55,407 bases of DNA, from assembly GCA_964408365.1 (NCBI GenBank), contig CAYOZB010000003.1, positions 1-55,407 on the forward strand, given 5' to 3'. Shown here one piece after another: positions 25,205 to 35,266 of the stretch (position 1 is its first letter; each line of letters opens with the position of its first letter). Below the pieces are notes generated by a model. It had not been told where the DNA came from and ran no database searches. It saw only the letters and a list, made by a program, of their open reading frames with translations. This DNA is from an uncultured Halobacteriales archaeon (GTDB lineage Archaea; Thermoplasmatota; E2; JACPAO01). The position numbers and the translations under genes are program-made.

Positions 25205-25587
25205 CGGTGGCCACCAACCTCTACCTCGTCGCAAGCGGCCTCCTTATCCTCGGACTCGGGGTGTTCCACTCGCTCCTCGGCGAGATCTACATCATCCGAC
25301 GCCTACTGCGACGCGAGGACCTGCCGCACCTCTTCGGGAACGATTCGTTCACCCGGCTCACGATCCGGTACGCGTGGCACCTCCTCACCCTCGTCTGTGT
25401 CGGGGCAGCGGCAACGTTGTTCGCCGTCTCCACTCGAGACATCTCGATGTTTGCGCCCGTCGTCTGGATCCTCGTCGTGACGTTCTTCGCCGCGGGCATA
25501 TGGGGCATTGCCTCGACCCACGGCCGCCATCTCTCGTGGATTGTGCTCTTGTTGGCCGCCGCGCTTGCCGCCATCGGCGCGCGGTAG
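25201..25587 (+). CDS. Hypothetical 4-TM membrane protein
   Basis: GTG start overlaps the CocE stop (GTGA); hydrophobic with HSLLGE, WH and GRH motifs. Confidence 0.75.
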   Translation: MTVATNLYLVASGLLILGLGVFHSLLGEIYIIRRLLRREDLPHLFGNDSFTRLTIRYAWHLLTLVCVGAAATLFAVSTRDISMFAPVVWILVVTFFAAGIWGIASTHGRHLSWIVLLLAAALAAIGAR

Positions 25588-25631
25588 CCGCTACGTTCTC
25601 CTGTTCGCCCTTTGTGCTTTAAGGAGGGCCA

Positions 25632-26768
25632 ATGTTGGGACGCCTCGTGAAGGCCGTCATCCTGGCACACGACAAGTTCGGACCGCTAACGAGCAAGACC
25701 GGCGTCTGCATCCTTCGGTACTCGAAGGACTACCAGACCGTCGCCGTCATCGACCGCTCCAAAGCAGGAAAAAGCGCCGAAGAATTCGTCGGCAACGTCG
25801 GAAAAGGCGTGCCGATCGTCGCGAACCTCAAGGACGCACTGAAATTCAAACCCGAAGTCATCATCATCGGCATCGCCCCCATGGGCGGCGGCCTGCCCCA
25901 AGAGTGGCGACCCGAGCTCCGTCTCGCTCTCGAGAACAAGATGCAGATCATCAGCGGACTCCACTTCTTCATGGGCGACGACCCCGAACTCTCCCAACTC
26001 GCCGCGAAGAACAAGGTCAACATCTGGGACGTCCGAAAACCCCAACGCCCCAACCGAATCGCCACCGCGGACGGCGCTAAGGTCAAGGGCTTCGTCGTCC
26101 ACACCATGGGAACCGACTGCAACAGCGGCAAAATGACGACGTCCGTCGAGATCGCACGGGAAGCGCAGCGACGCGGCATCAACGCCGCCTTCGCCGCAAC
26201 GGGTCAGACCGGCATCATGATCGGCTGCGAAGCCGGGGCGCCCATCGACCGCATCATCAGCGACTTCGTCGCCGGCGCAGCCGAAGAACTTTTGCTCGAA
26301 TGCGACAAGAAGGGAAGCGACCTCATCGTCGTCGAAGGCCAGGGCTCGTTGGACCATTTCGCCTACTCTGGCGTCACCCTTGGGCTCATGCACGGCTGCT
26401 ACCCCGACCTCGTGGTGCTTTGCCACCAAGCCGGGCGGCAATATTTGGGCGAATACGCCCGTGACGAGGAACCTGCGCAAAAGATCCCGCCGCTCAAGTG
26501 GCACATCGACCTCATCGAACACCTTACCAAACCCGTGTACCCGACCAAAGTGGTGGCCGTGAGCCTTGCGACGTTCACCATGAACGAAGCCGACGCCAAG
26601 AAAGCCATCGCGCACGTCGAGAAAGAAACCGGCCTTCCCGTCACGGACCCGGTCCGCTTCGGACCCGGCAAACTCCTCGAAGCCATCGCCAAGGCCGCCG
26701 CCACCTCGAAGAAACCCGGCGCAGCGAAGTTGGCTCGACTCAACACGGTCGCCGCCAAGGCGAAGTAA
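25632..26768 (+). CDS. DUF1611 family protein (D-glutamate N-acetyltransferase DgcN-like)
   Basis: ISGLH, GTDCNSGKMTT, ATGQTGI and VEGQGS motifs. Confidence 0.9.
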   Translation: MLGRLVKAVILAHDKFGPLTSKTGVCILRYSKDYQTVAVIDRSKAGKSAEEFVGNVGKGVPIVANLKDALKFKPEVIIIGIAPMGGGLPQEWRPELRLALENKMQIISGLHFFMGDDPELSQLAAKNKVNIWDVRKPQRPNRIATADGAKVKGFVVHTMGTDCNSGKMTTSVEIAREAQRRGINAAFAATGQTGIMIGCEAGAPIDRIISDFVAGAAEELLLECDKKGSDLIVVEGQGSLDHFAYSGVTLGLMHGCYPDLVVLCHQAGRQYLGEYARDEEPAQKIPPLKWHIDLIEHLTKPVYPTKVVAVSLATFTMNEADAKKAIAHVEKETGLPVTDPVRFGPGKLLEAIAKAAATSKKPGAAKLARLNTVAAKAK

Positions 26769-26777
26769 TCGCCCACG

Positions 26778-28319
26778 TCACGGACTGTGGATCCACGGCA
26801 CGGCGCTGTTGAACGCATCGTGCTTCATCGGATCCATGGGTTCTCCGGTCACGAGCGGCAGGAGGATCAGGAACGCGAACAAGGCACCGGTCATGTACAG
26901 GGTGGCGAGCAACCGCCATCCGCCGGGACGCGACCACGCTTCGGCGACCAAGCCGCCCGCGAAGATGGCGAAGAACGGCACGATGAACGTCATGTAATAC
27001 AGGAACATCGTCCGATCGATCAGGAACCAAGGCAAGTACGCGCACCAGAACAATCCGGCCGCGAGCAACACGAACAGATCGCGCGAATACGGGAACCGGC
27101 TGAAGACCACGTCTGCCAAGAACCGCGTCGTGAACACCCGGCGCAGGACGTCCCGGTTGCGAACCAGGATCCGGGCCGGTGCGATGATCAGTGCAAGGGT
27201 CGCCGTCCACCACAGGAACGGGTTGCCGATGGCGTAGATGTCGGAGACCTTGTCGCCGAAGAACTGTGCGAAGTACCGCATGGGTCGGATCATCGGGATC
27301 CATTCGATCGGTTGGCTTGAGTGGAAATGGTCAAAGTAGACCGAACGGTGGAACAGCACGGCGTCTTGCTGGACGAACCACCATTGCTTCCACGCGAATC
27401 CCCAGCCGCCTCGCGCTTCCAAGGCGCGAAGGATCTGGTAATAACTCGCCACGTAGACGAGAGCGGGGATGATGATCGCGAATAGAAGGGTGGTACCGAT
27501 GCGCAGGAGCCAAGGCCGGAATTGTTGCCACGTCGAGTCGTCGCGACGCGCGGATGGGATCGGCGCGCGAAGGAACAGGATCAGGGCGATCGCGGGCAGG
27601 AGGAAGAGGCTGTTCACTTTGGTCGCCACGGCGGCGCCAAACGCCAGTCCCGCAACCAGTCGCGACCAGTGGCGACGCGGGAACGCCAATGCGACCGACA
27701 TCAGGGCGAACGAGACTGCGATGAGATCCAGCATCGCGATCCGGGCATGCAGATAGTACATGCCGTCGAGGTGAAGCAGCACGGCGGCCGCGATGCCGGC
27801 GGAGAGTCGGTGGAACAATCGCAGCGCGATAACGTAGGCGGCGACGACCCCGGCGGCCCCGAGGACCGTGTTCGCCAACCGCCACGTGCGGGCGTCGTCG
27901 CGGCAGTCGGGGTTGTAGTAGCCGCACGCGTCGCCGGTCTTGCCGTGAATGTACTGTGCGTTGGCGGCGCCCGGGTCGGGGCCGTGGATGTATTCGTTGT
28001 TGGGTTTGCCCTGGACGAGTAGTCCCGCGGCGATGACGAGTTTCCCGAGCGGTGGGTGGACATGGTTTTGCGGACGCGGTCCTTGTTGGGAGTCTTCGAG
28101 GAACACGCCGTTGGTCATGTTGCGGGCGACTTTCACGTACGTGTCTTCGTCGCCGATGACGACGGGCGGTTCGCCGAGATTGATTTGGTAAATCGAGAAC
28201 GAGGCGAGCAACAGGGCGAGTCCAACGATGAGGATCCGATGCGTCGCCCACCACGTGCCGGGCTGTGGAGGGGCGGGACCTGTTGGCGTGTCTTGAGGCC
28301 CCATCGACGCGCGGCCCAT
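26778..28319 (-). CDS. Protein O-mannosyltransferase-like glycosyltransferase (GT39/PMT family)
   Basis: GDEDTYV, HPPLGKLVIA, RIAMLD, IGNPFLWW and RTMFLYY motifs; multi-TM. Confidence 0.9.
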   Translation of the reverse strand: MGRASMGPQDTPTGPAPPQPGTWWATHRILIVGLALLLASFSIYQINLGEPPVVIGDEDTYVKVARNMTNGVFLEDSQQGPRPQNHVHPPLGKLVIAAGLLVQGKPNNEYIHGPDPGAANAQYIHGKTGDACGYYNPDCRDDARTWRLANTVLGAAGVVAAYVIALRLFHRLSAGIAAAVLLHLDGMYYLHARIAMLDLIAVSFALMSVALAFPRRHWSRLVAGLAFGAAVATKVNSLFLLPAIALILFLRAPIPSARRDDSTWQQFRPWLLRIGTTLLFAIIIPALVYVASYYQILRALEARGGWGFAWKQWWFVQQDAVLFHRSVYFDHFHSSQPIEWIPMIRPMRYFAQFFGDKVSDIYAIGNPFLWWTATLALIIAPARILVRNRDVLRRVFTTRFLADVVFSRFPYSRDLFVLLAAGLFWCAYLPWFLIDRTMFLYYMTFIVPFFAIFAGGLVAEAWSRPGGWRLLATLYMTGALFAFLILLPLVTGEPMDPMKHDAFNSAVPWIHSP

Positions 28320-28361
28320 GAGCCGCGCGCGAATAAGCGCTGTGCCTCAACGGCGCCCACG

Positions 28362-29513
28362 ATGGCGCGTCTGCCCGGTCTATTTAAGGAATCGTGGACT
28401 CCTGGCGACCCGAGGGGAACCAACACGCACGTCGCCGGCTACCGCGCACCATTGAAGCTTTCGCGAGCCTTTACCATCTCGACCGGCAGCACCAACGTCG
28501 AGGAGAACCTGTTCCTCCAACTGACCGACGACGAAGGCGGAGTCGGCTGGGGCGAAGCATCCCCCTCGAAACGCGTCTGCAACGAAAGCCTCGACGACGC
28601 GATCCGCGCGACGCGTGAATTCGAGAAGAACCCCGACTGGGTCGAACGCATCCTCGAAGACGCCGAACACCTCCCGGGCGGGACCCGCGAACCCTCCGTG
28701 CGCAACGCCTTGTTGACGGCGTACCTCGACGCGCAAGGAAAACGCCGCGGTATCCCCATGCACAAACTCCTCAACGTCCCCGAAGGACGACTCCACAGTT
28801 CGGTCACCATCTCCGTCGGCCCCACGGCCGCGGTCCTCAAGGAAGCCGCCGAGTGGGACGCGCAGAAATGGAAGATCTTCAAGGTCAAACTCGGCAGCAA
28901 GAACGACGAAGCCGCCCTCAAAGCTTTGCGCGACCAGTACCCGGACAAGACGATCCGCGTCGACGCCAACACGGCGTGGAGCTACGAAGAATCCCGCAAA
29001 CGCCTCGCGTTCTTGGAGAAACTGGAAGTGGAGTTCGTCGAGCAACCGATGCCCGCCGACAAACTCGCCGACATGCGCAAACTGCAGAAGGAATTCGAGA
29101 TCCCGATCATCCTCGACGAAAGCGTCCTCGACACCGACGACGCGATGCGCGTCATCCGCGAAGAAGCCGGCGACGGCATCAACATCAAACTCAACAAATG
29201 TGGCGGCCCGTACGAAGCGCGACGCATCGCCAAGATCGCCAAGGACCACGACTGGAAAGTCATGATGGGTTGCATGCTCGAGACCCGACTCGGCTGCGCC
29301 GCCGGCGCGGCCTTCGCTGGCCTCCTCGACTACGCGGACCTTGACGGGTACGTTCTCATGACGAACGATCCGTTCTCCGGATTCCAAATCCAAAACGGAT
29401 TGGTCGAGACCCCGGAGAAACCGGGCGCAGGCGTGACCGCGTCGGCCGCCATCAAGAAGTTCGAACCATTAGCGACCGCATCGCACGAGTTCAGTGCGCA
29501 AGCCGGTCGGTAA
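28362..29513 (+). CDS. Enolase-superfamily dipeptide epimerase / N-acyl-amino-acid racemase (AEE/DgcA-like)
   Basis: GWGEA, FKVKLG, VDAN, EQP, LDES, NIKLNKCGG, GCMLE and DLDG motifs. Start uncertain. Confidence 0.92.
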   Translation: MARLPGLFKESWTPGDPRGTNTHVAGYRAPLKLSRAFTISTGSTNVEENLFLQLTDDEGGVGWGEASPSKRVCNESLDDAIRATREFEKNPDWVERILEDAEHLPGGTREPSVRNALLTAYLDAQGKRRGIPMHKLLNVPEGRLHSSVTISVGPTAAVLKEAAEWDAQKWKIFKVKLGSKNDEAALKALRDQYPDKTIRVDANTAWSYEESRKRLAFLEKLEVEFVEQPMPADKLADMRKLQKEFEIPIILDESVLDTDDAMRVIREEAGDGINIKLNKCGGPYEARRIAKIAKDHDWKVMMGCMLETRLGCAAGAAFAGLLDYADLDGYVLMTNDPFSGFQIQNGLVETPEKPGAGVTASAAIKKFEPLATASHEFSAQAGR

Positions 29514-29615
29514 CCCGGTTTTTCTGCGCGTCCACGCGCAACTTCGACCCACTCCTTTATCGGGGGAGCCGGGTCTTGAACCCCGATGGGAGGCACCGGG
29601 CCAACGGGCGTAGCC

Positions 29616-32600
29616 ATGTCGCCCGAGCAGAAGGCGTACTTCGAACGCCTCGAGAAGGACGCCCATCGCATCCTCGACATCGCCAAGACCGCCCGCAAAG
29701 CCGGCCTCGATCCAAGCCTCAATGTGGAGATCCCGCTCGCTCCCGACTTGGCCGCCCGCGTCGAAGAACAGGTCCAGATCAAAGGCGTCGCCGACCGCGT
29801 GCGCGAACTTTCCAAACAATACTCGTCGCGCGAACTCGTCGCGCTCCACTGCGCCAAAGAAGTCGCGACCGGCAAATTCGGCGCCTGGCCCAGCAAAGAG
29901 CAGGCCCTCGACAAATCCGTCCGCACTGGATTGTCGATCCTCACCGAAGGAATCCTCGTCGCTCCGCTCGAAGGCATCGCCAAAGTGCTCATCGGGAAGA
30001 ACAACGACGGCACGGACTACGTCGACCTGTACTTCGCCGGACCGATCCGCGCAGCCGGCGGAACCGCCCAAGCCATGAGCGTCCTCATCGCCGACGTCGT
30101 GCGTCGCGAACTCGGCGTCGGACGCTACCACGCCACGCAGGCCGAGATCGAACGCATGAAGGAAGAGGTCCCCGCGTACAAACGCGCGCAACACCTCCAA
30201 TACGCGCCCGAAGGCGACGAGATCGAGCACATCATGCGACAATGCCCGGTCTGCATCAACGGCGAAGGCACCGAGCAGGAAGAAGTCACAGGACACCGCG
30301 ACCTTCCACGCATCGAAGGCAACCGACTCCGCGGCGGCGCCGTCCTGGTCCTCGCCGAAGGCTTGACGCAGAAAGCGCCCAAGATCATGAAGGTCGTCTC
30401 GGCCCTGAAAGTGCCCGAATGGGACTTCTTGGAACGGTTCATCAAGAAAGCCCCCGAAGCATCCAGGGAAAAGGGCGACGACATCGAGGAGATCGAAGCC
30501 TCCGACAAGTTCATGGTAGACCTCATCGGCGGCCGACCTGTCTTCAGCCACGCGTCGCGCCCGGGCGGGTTCCGGTTACGCTACGGACGTTCGCGCACCG
30601 GCGGCCTCGCATCGACCTCGGTGTCGCCCGTCGCCATGCACGTCGTCGATGATTTCCTCGCGATCGGCACCCAGATGAAACTCGAGCGGCCTGGCAAAGG
30701 GACCATTGCTACGCCCTGCAGCGAACTCGAATCCCCCATCCTCCTCCTAAGAAACGGCGACCTTGTCCAACCCAAGAACATCGAAGCTTGGCGAGCCTTG
30801 CCGTCCCCCGTCGCGCAGATCGTCGACCTCGGGGAGATCCTCATCCCGTTCGGCGAGTTCCTCGAGAACAACGCGCTCCTTTCCGACGCCAGTTTCACCG
30901 TCGAATGGTGGCTCGCCGAACTCCGAAACGCCGCCGGAGACGACGTCGCCAAAGAATGGCTCCTCAAACACCCCGACTTCCCCGAAGCCGTCCAACTCGC
31001 CCACACCCACAAAGTCCCGCTCCACCCCGATCATAACCTGTTCTGGCACGACCTTACGTGGGAGGCATACACCGGCCTCAGCCTCGCCCTCGAATCCGCC
31101 ACCCTCGACCACGGCATCCTCTGCGTACCCAAAGGCGTCGGCGGAAAGAACACCCTCGTCACCCTCGGCGTCCTCCACCGCGAAACACCCACCCACTACG
31201 AGATCCGCGAACGCATCCTCCCCCTCCTTGCCGGCTTGGGACTCTGGTCCGACGGCGCAAGCATCAAACCCACCAGCCAACGCGACCCCGTCCACGCCGT
31301 TGCTGCCACCAAACACGCGGTGCTCGGCGCCGTCACTCGACTCACCGGCGTCACCGTCAAAGCACGCGCACCGACCCGCATCGGCGCACGCATGGGCCGA
31401 CCCGAAAAAGCCGACAAACGCGCCATGTCCCCACCCGTCCACGTCCTCTTCCCCATCGGACAAGACGGCGGCGCGCAACGCGACATCGAAGCCGCCGCCG
31501 AAAAAGGCACGACCCGCGTCAAGGTGGGCATCCGACGCTGTCCCACGTGCGGCCGCGAAGCCTACATGGTCCGCTGCACCTGCGGCTCACGCACCGACCC
31601 GACCGGCTCCGCGCCCGCCGACCGTGACTTCCCCGTCCGCGAAGAATTCACCCAAGCACTGGGACGACTCCGCGGCGTCCGACGGCCCGACAAACTCAAG
31701 GGAGTCGAAGGGCTCATCAGCGCCGCCAAGACGCCCGAGCCGTTGGAGAAAGGGATCCTGCGCGCGCTCCACGACGTGTGGGTCTTCAAGGACGGCACCT
31801 TGCGCTTCGACGCCACCGATGCACCGCTCACCCATGTCAAACCGTCAGAGATCGGCACGTCCATTCCGAGGATGCACGAGCTCGGCTACACGCTCGACGC
31901 CCACGGCGGCGCCTTGGAGCGGCAGGATCAGGTCGTCGAGATGAGGGTCCAGGACGTTGTGTTGCCGCGGTCGGCGGGTGAATATTTTGTCCGTTGCGCC
32001 AAGTTCATCGACGATCTCCTCGAGCGGTTCTACAATCTTCCTCCGTTCTACCTCGCCAAGGAACCCGCGGACTTGGTCGGCCATCTCATCGCGGGCCTCG
32101 CGCCGCATACGTCCGGCGCGGTACTCGGCCGGATCATCGGATTTACCAAAGCGAACGTGTGGTACAATCACCCGTTCTACATCGCGGCGCGCAGAAGAAA
32201 CGCGGATGGGGATGAAGACTCGTGCATGCTTCTGCTGGATGCGTTCCTGAATTTCAGCCGCGCGTTCGTTCCGGACCGTCGCGGCGGGCTCATGGATCTG
32301 CCGCTCGTCCTGGCGACGCGCGTCGATCCGAGTGAGATCGACAAGGAAGCGCTCAACGTCGACGTCGGCTGGTCCTACCCGCTCGAGCTTTACCGCGCAT
32401 CGGAGCAACATCTCTCTGCCAAGGAGCTGGCCAAGAAAGTCGAGAGTGTCGGCCACCGGATCGGGACGCCGCGTCAGTTCGAAGGCTTCGGATACACCCT
32501 CGACTCCAACTCGATCCACGAGGGGCCGTTGGATTCGAGTTACAAGACACTCGGCTCCATGCCGGAGAAGATGTCGGCCCAGCTCGCGTTGGCCGACAAG

Positions 32601-32969
32601 CTGCGGGGCGTGGACGCGGCGGACGTCGCCGGGCGCGTGATCAGTCACCATTTGCTCCCAGACCTGATCGGGAACCTGAAGGCGTTCGCGAAGCAGAAAG
32701 TGCGCTGCACCAAATGCAACACGTCCTACCGACGGATGCCGGTCACTGGGAAATGTACGAAGGTGCTCGCGAACGGCCGCGACCAGTGCGGGAACCCGGT
32801 CACGTTGACGGTGCATCAGGCGTCGGTCCGAAAATACATGGACCTGTGTCTGCAATTGTCGGAGCGGTATGCGATTCCGGAGTACACGCGTCAGCACATT
32901 CGGCTTGTGCAGCAGTTCTTGGATGACACGTTCCGTTTGCGCGACATGAAACTCGCCTCGTTCGGTTGA
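29616..32969 (+). CDS. polC: DNA polymerase D large subunit (DP2)
   Basis: AGPIRAAGGTAQA, GGFRLRYGRSR, RMGRPEKA, catalytic DGDED and C-terminal Zn finger. No intein. Confidence 0.98.
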   Translation: MSPEQKAYFERLEKDAHRILDIAKTARKAGLDPSLNVEIPLAPDLAARVEEQVQIKGVADRVRELSKQYSSRELVALHCAKEVATGKFGAWPSKEQALDKSVRTGLSILTEGILVAPLEGIAKVLIGKNNDGTDYVDLYFAGPIRAAGGTAQAMSVLIADVVRRELGVGRYHATQAEIERMKEEVPAYKRAQHLQYAPEGDEIEHIMRQCPVCINGEGTEQEEVTGHRDLPRIEGNRLRGGAVLVLAEGLTQKAPKIMKVVSALKVPEWDFLERFIKKAPEASREKGDDIEEIEASDKFMVDLIGGRPVFSHASRPGGFRLRYGRSRTGGLASTSVSPVAMHVVDDFLAIGTQMKLERPGKGTIATPCSELESPILLLRNGDLVQPKNIEAWRALPSPVAQIVDLGEILIPFGEFLENNALLSDASFTVEWWLAELRNAAGDDVAKEWLLKHPDFPEAVQLAHTHKVPLHPDHNLFWHDLTWEAYTGLSLALESATLDHGILCVPKGVGGKNTLVTLGVLHRETPTHYEIRERILPLLAGLGLWSDGASIKPTSQRDPVHAVAATKHAVLGAVTRLTGVTVKARAPTRIGARMGRPEKADKRAMSPPVHVLFPIGQDGGAQRDIEAAAEKGTTRVKVGIRRCPTCGREAYMVRCTCGSRTDPTGSAPADRDFPVREEFTQALGRLRGVRRPDKLKGVEGLISAAKTPEPLEKGILRALHDVWVFKDGTLRFDATDAPLTHVKPSEIGTSIPRMHELGYTLDAHGGALERQDQVVEMRVQDVVLPRSAGEYFVRCAKFIDDLLERFYNLPPFYLAKEPADLVGHLIAGLAPHTSGAVLGRIIGFTKANVWYNHPFYIAARRRNADGDEDSCMLLLDAFLNFSRAFVPDRRGGLMDLPLVLATRVDPSEIDKEALNVDVGWSYPLELYRASEQHLSAKELAKKVESVGHRIGTPRQFEGFGYTLDSNSIHEGPLDSSYKTLGSMPEKMSAQLALADKLRGVDAADVAGRVISHHLLPDLIGNLKAFAKQKVRCTKCNTSYRRMPVTGKCTKVLANGRDQCGNPVTLTVHQASVRKYMDLCLQLSERYAIPEYTRQHIRLVQQFLDDTFRLRDMKLASFG

Positions 32970-32972
32970 ATC

Positions 32973-34379
32973 TTAGCCGGTTCGTCGTTCGGCGAGTCGG
33001 CCGAGCCACGTTCCGAGGACCATCAGCACGAATCCGAAGAGGAAGAGGGCCAGGAGCATGGGTGCTCCGTCGGCGAAGTCGAATCCCCGGAGCATCGAGC
33101 CACGCAACCCTTCCACCGTGTACGTGAGTGGGAAGAGCCTTGCGAGGATCTGCGCGCCTTCCGGCATGAAACTCACGGGGTAGAAGAGTCCGCTGACGAA
33201 CAGCATCGGGAACGTGGTGAGGACTGCAAGGAGGACGGTGCCGTTGACGTCTTTGCTGATGCCGCCGAGGAAGATGCCCAATCCGATCGATGCGAAGGTG
33301 CTCATCGTGACGAGGATGACGGTGAGTGGGAAATTGTCGATGCGCGTGTCCCATGCGAGGGCGGCGGCGATGAGGATGAAGATGCTTTGGAGCAGGATGA
33401 TGAATGTGGTGAGGACCATTTTGGAGCCCACGATGGTCCATCGTCCTGTGGGTGTGATGCCGAGCCGCCGGTAGGCGAAGGCTTCGCGTTCGTACACGAT
33501 GAGGCTCGACGTTGCAAGGCTTCCCGTCCAGAAGATCGATAATCCGAGCGCGGCGGGAACGATGAGGTCCCGGACGAACAAGTGTCCGGATTTTTCGCCT
33601 TCTGTGCGGGCTTGGACGGGTTTGGCGACGGAGTCGACGATTCCGCGGCTGTCAGCTAATACGTCATCGACTTCGCTGAGAAACGCAATGATGGCGTCCA
33701 CGTTGCGGACTTCTTCGCCGCTAAGCTCTGCGGAGTTGTTGTTCTTGACCTCGGTGAGCCACGCCGCGCCCCGGCTAAACCCAGGGTACAATCGCTGCCC
33801 CGGAAGGGGGTTGATGGACTGGTCGATGGCGTCCACGACGAACGTGACCTTCTGTTGGACGTAACGTTCCTGGAGTTCTTGCATGACGCCGCGCACGAGG
33901 ATCTCGGTGACGTTTGCGCGCACGACGTCCGATTGGTCGACGATGATCCGCACGCTTGCCGATTCCGAGAACCCGATCAACGCATCCACGAAACCCAAGG
34001 GGAACACGACGAGGGCTTGGACTTCGCCGCGAAGCAGGAGTCGTCGGCCTTCTTCTTCGTCCGCGACCGGCACGAGTTCGGCGAATTCGCGTAGCCCCGG
34101 GACCCCTTCCGAGGGGACGCCTTCGATGAGTTGCGTCGTTGAGACCAGGATGCCTTGCTGGCTGGGGTCGAGGGGGTTTTGGATGTAGCCGACGTCGATG
34201 TCGCCGTTCTGGTCGAGGTCTTTGTTCAACACGGCGATCGGGATGCGGTCGGTGGGTTCGCTGAACGCGTACCCGATGATGCCGACGATGATGAGTGGGT
34301 AAATGACGAGGGTCACGAGGAGGAGCCGGCTTCGTGCGATGACCTTGGCGTCCTTCTTGAGGAGGGTCCACAGTCTCAT
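32973..34379 (-). CDS. ABC-2 type transporter permease
   Basis: N-terminal TM, large extracellular loop, and C-terminal SGLFYPVSFMP...FPLTY. Confidence 0.9.
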   Translation of the reverse strand: MRLWTLLKKDAKVIARSRLLLVTLVIYPLIIVGIIGYAFSEPTDRIPIAVLNKDLDQNGDIDVGYIQNPLDPSQQGILVSTTQLIEGVPSEGVPGLREFAELVPVADEEEGRRLLLRGEVQALVVFPLGFVDALIGFSESASVRIIVDQSDVVRANVTEILVRGVMQELQERYVQQKVTFVVDAIDQSINPLPGQRLYPGFSRGAAWLTEVKNNNSAELSGEEVRNVDAIIAFLSEVDDVLADSRGIVDSVAKPVQARTEGEKSGHLFVRDLIVPAALGLSIFWTGSLATSSLIVYEREAFAYRRLGITPTGRWTIVGSKMVLTTFIILLQSIFILIAAALAWDTRIDNFPLTVILVTMSTFASIGLGIFLGGISKDVNGTVLLAVLTTFPMLFVSGLFYPVSFMPEGAQILARLFPLTYTVEGLRGSMLRGFDFADGAPMLLALFLFGFVLMVLGTWLGRLAERRTG

Positions 34380-35137
34380 GTCTTCCTCCGGGGACCCGTC
34401 GGCGAGTCGATCGTCGTGCATTTGAAGAAGATCTCTTCCAACGATTTGCCCATCTTCTTCGGGTTGCCCAACGCCACGATGCGTCCTTGGTTGAGGATCG
34501 CGACCCGGTCGCACAACGCTTCGGCCTCTTGCATGTAGTGCGTCGTCAGCACGATGGTCTTGCCCGCGCGTTGCAGGATTCGGATGATCTCCCAGAGTTC
34601 GTTGCGGGCGATGGGATCCAACCCGGTCGTGGGTTCGTCGAAGAAAATGATCTGCGGGTCGTGGATGAGCCCGAGGATGATGTTGAGGCGATGCTTCATG
34701 CCGCCCGAGAATCCTTTGACGAGGTCGTTTCGGCGATCGTGGAGGCTCACCATGCGAAGCAGTTCGTTGGTGCGTTGCTGCGCGATCCGGGTGTCGACCT
34801 TGTAGAGGTCAGCGAAGACGCGAAGGTTCTCGGCCGCGGTGAGTTTCTCGTAGGCGGCGACGTCCTGCGGGACGATCCCGATGATCTGCTTGACCCGTTT
34901 GGCTTCGCGGGTGACGCTGAAGCCGCCGACGAAGGCCTGTCCGGCGGTGGGTTTGAGTTGGGTCGAGAGGATGTTGAACAACGTGCTTTTGCCGGCGCCG
35001 TTGGGACCCAAAAGTCCGAAGAGTTCCCCGCGCGGGATCTCCAAGGTGACGTTGTCGCAAGCAAGGAGGGACCCGTAGCGTCGGGTGAGATTGGCCGTGC
35101 GGACTGCGAATCCGTTCCCGGCCACCCGCTCCGCCAA
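34376..35137 (-). CDS. ABC transporter ATP-binding protein (DrrA-like)
   Basis: GPNGAGKST, FSGGMK, DEPTTGLD and TTHYM motifs. Confidence 0.95.
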   Translation of the reverse strand: MAERVAGNGFAVRTANLTRRYGSLLACDNVTLEIPRGELFGLLGPNGAGKSTLFNILSTQLKPTAGQAFVGGFSVTREAKRVKQIIGIVPQDVAAYEKLTAAENLRVFADLYKVDTRIAQQRTNELLRMVSLHDRRNDLVKGFSGGMKHRLNIILGLIHDPQIIFFDEPTTGLDPIARNELWEIIRILQRAGKTIVLTTHYMQEAEALCDRVAILNQGRIVALGNPKKMGKSLEEIFFKCTTIDSPTGPRRKT

Positions 35138-35266
35138 CCGTGGTTCCTCGCCTCGTTCGATGCCTGGGTTTCTAGATAAGTTTGTTGCGTCTAAACCGAA
35201 ACAGAATCGTTCGATTCAAGATTCGCGTGAAAAGCCATTTGTAATTCGCCCGAGTCGATACCTTTC

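Noticed and set aside
30880-31700. Strongly C-rich stretch inside polC as a possible insertion or intein
   Set aside because: The frame is continuous with DP2 motifs, total length is normal, and no intein splice motifs are present; it looks like synonymous codon bias.
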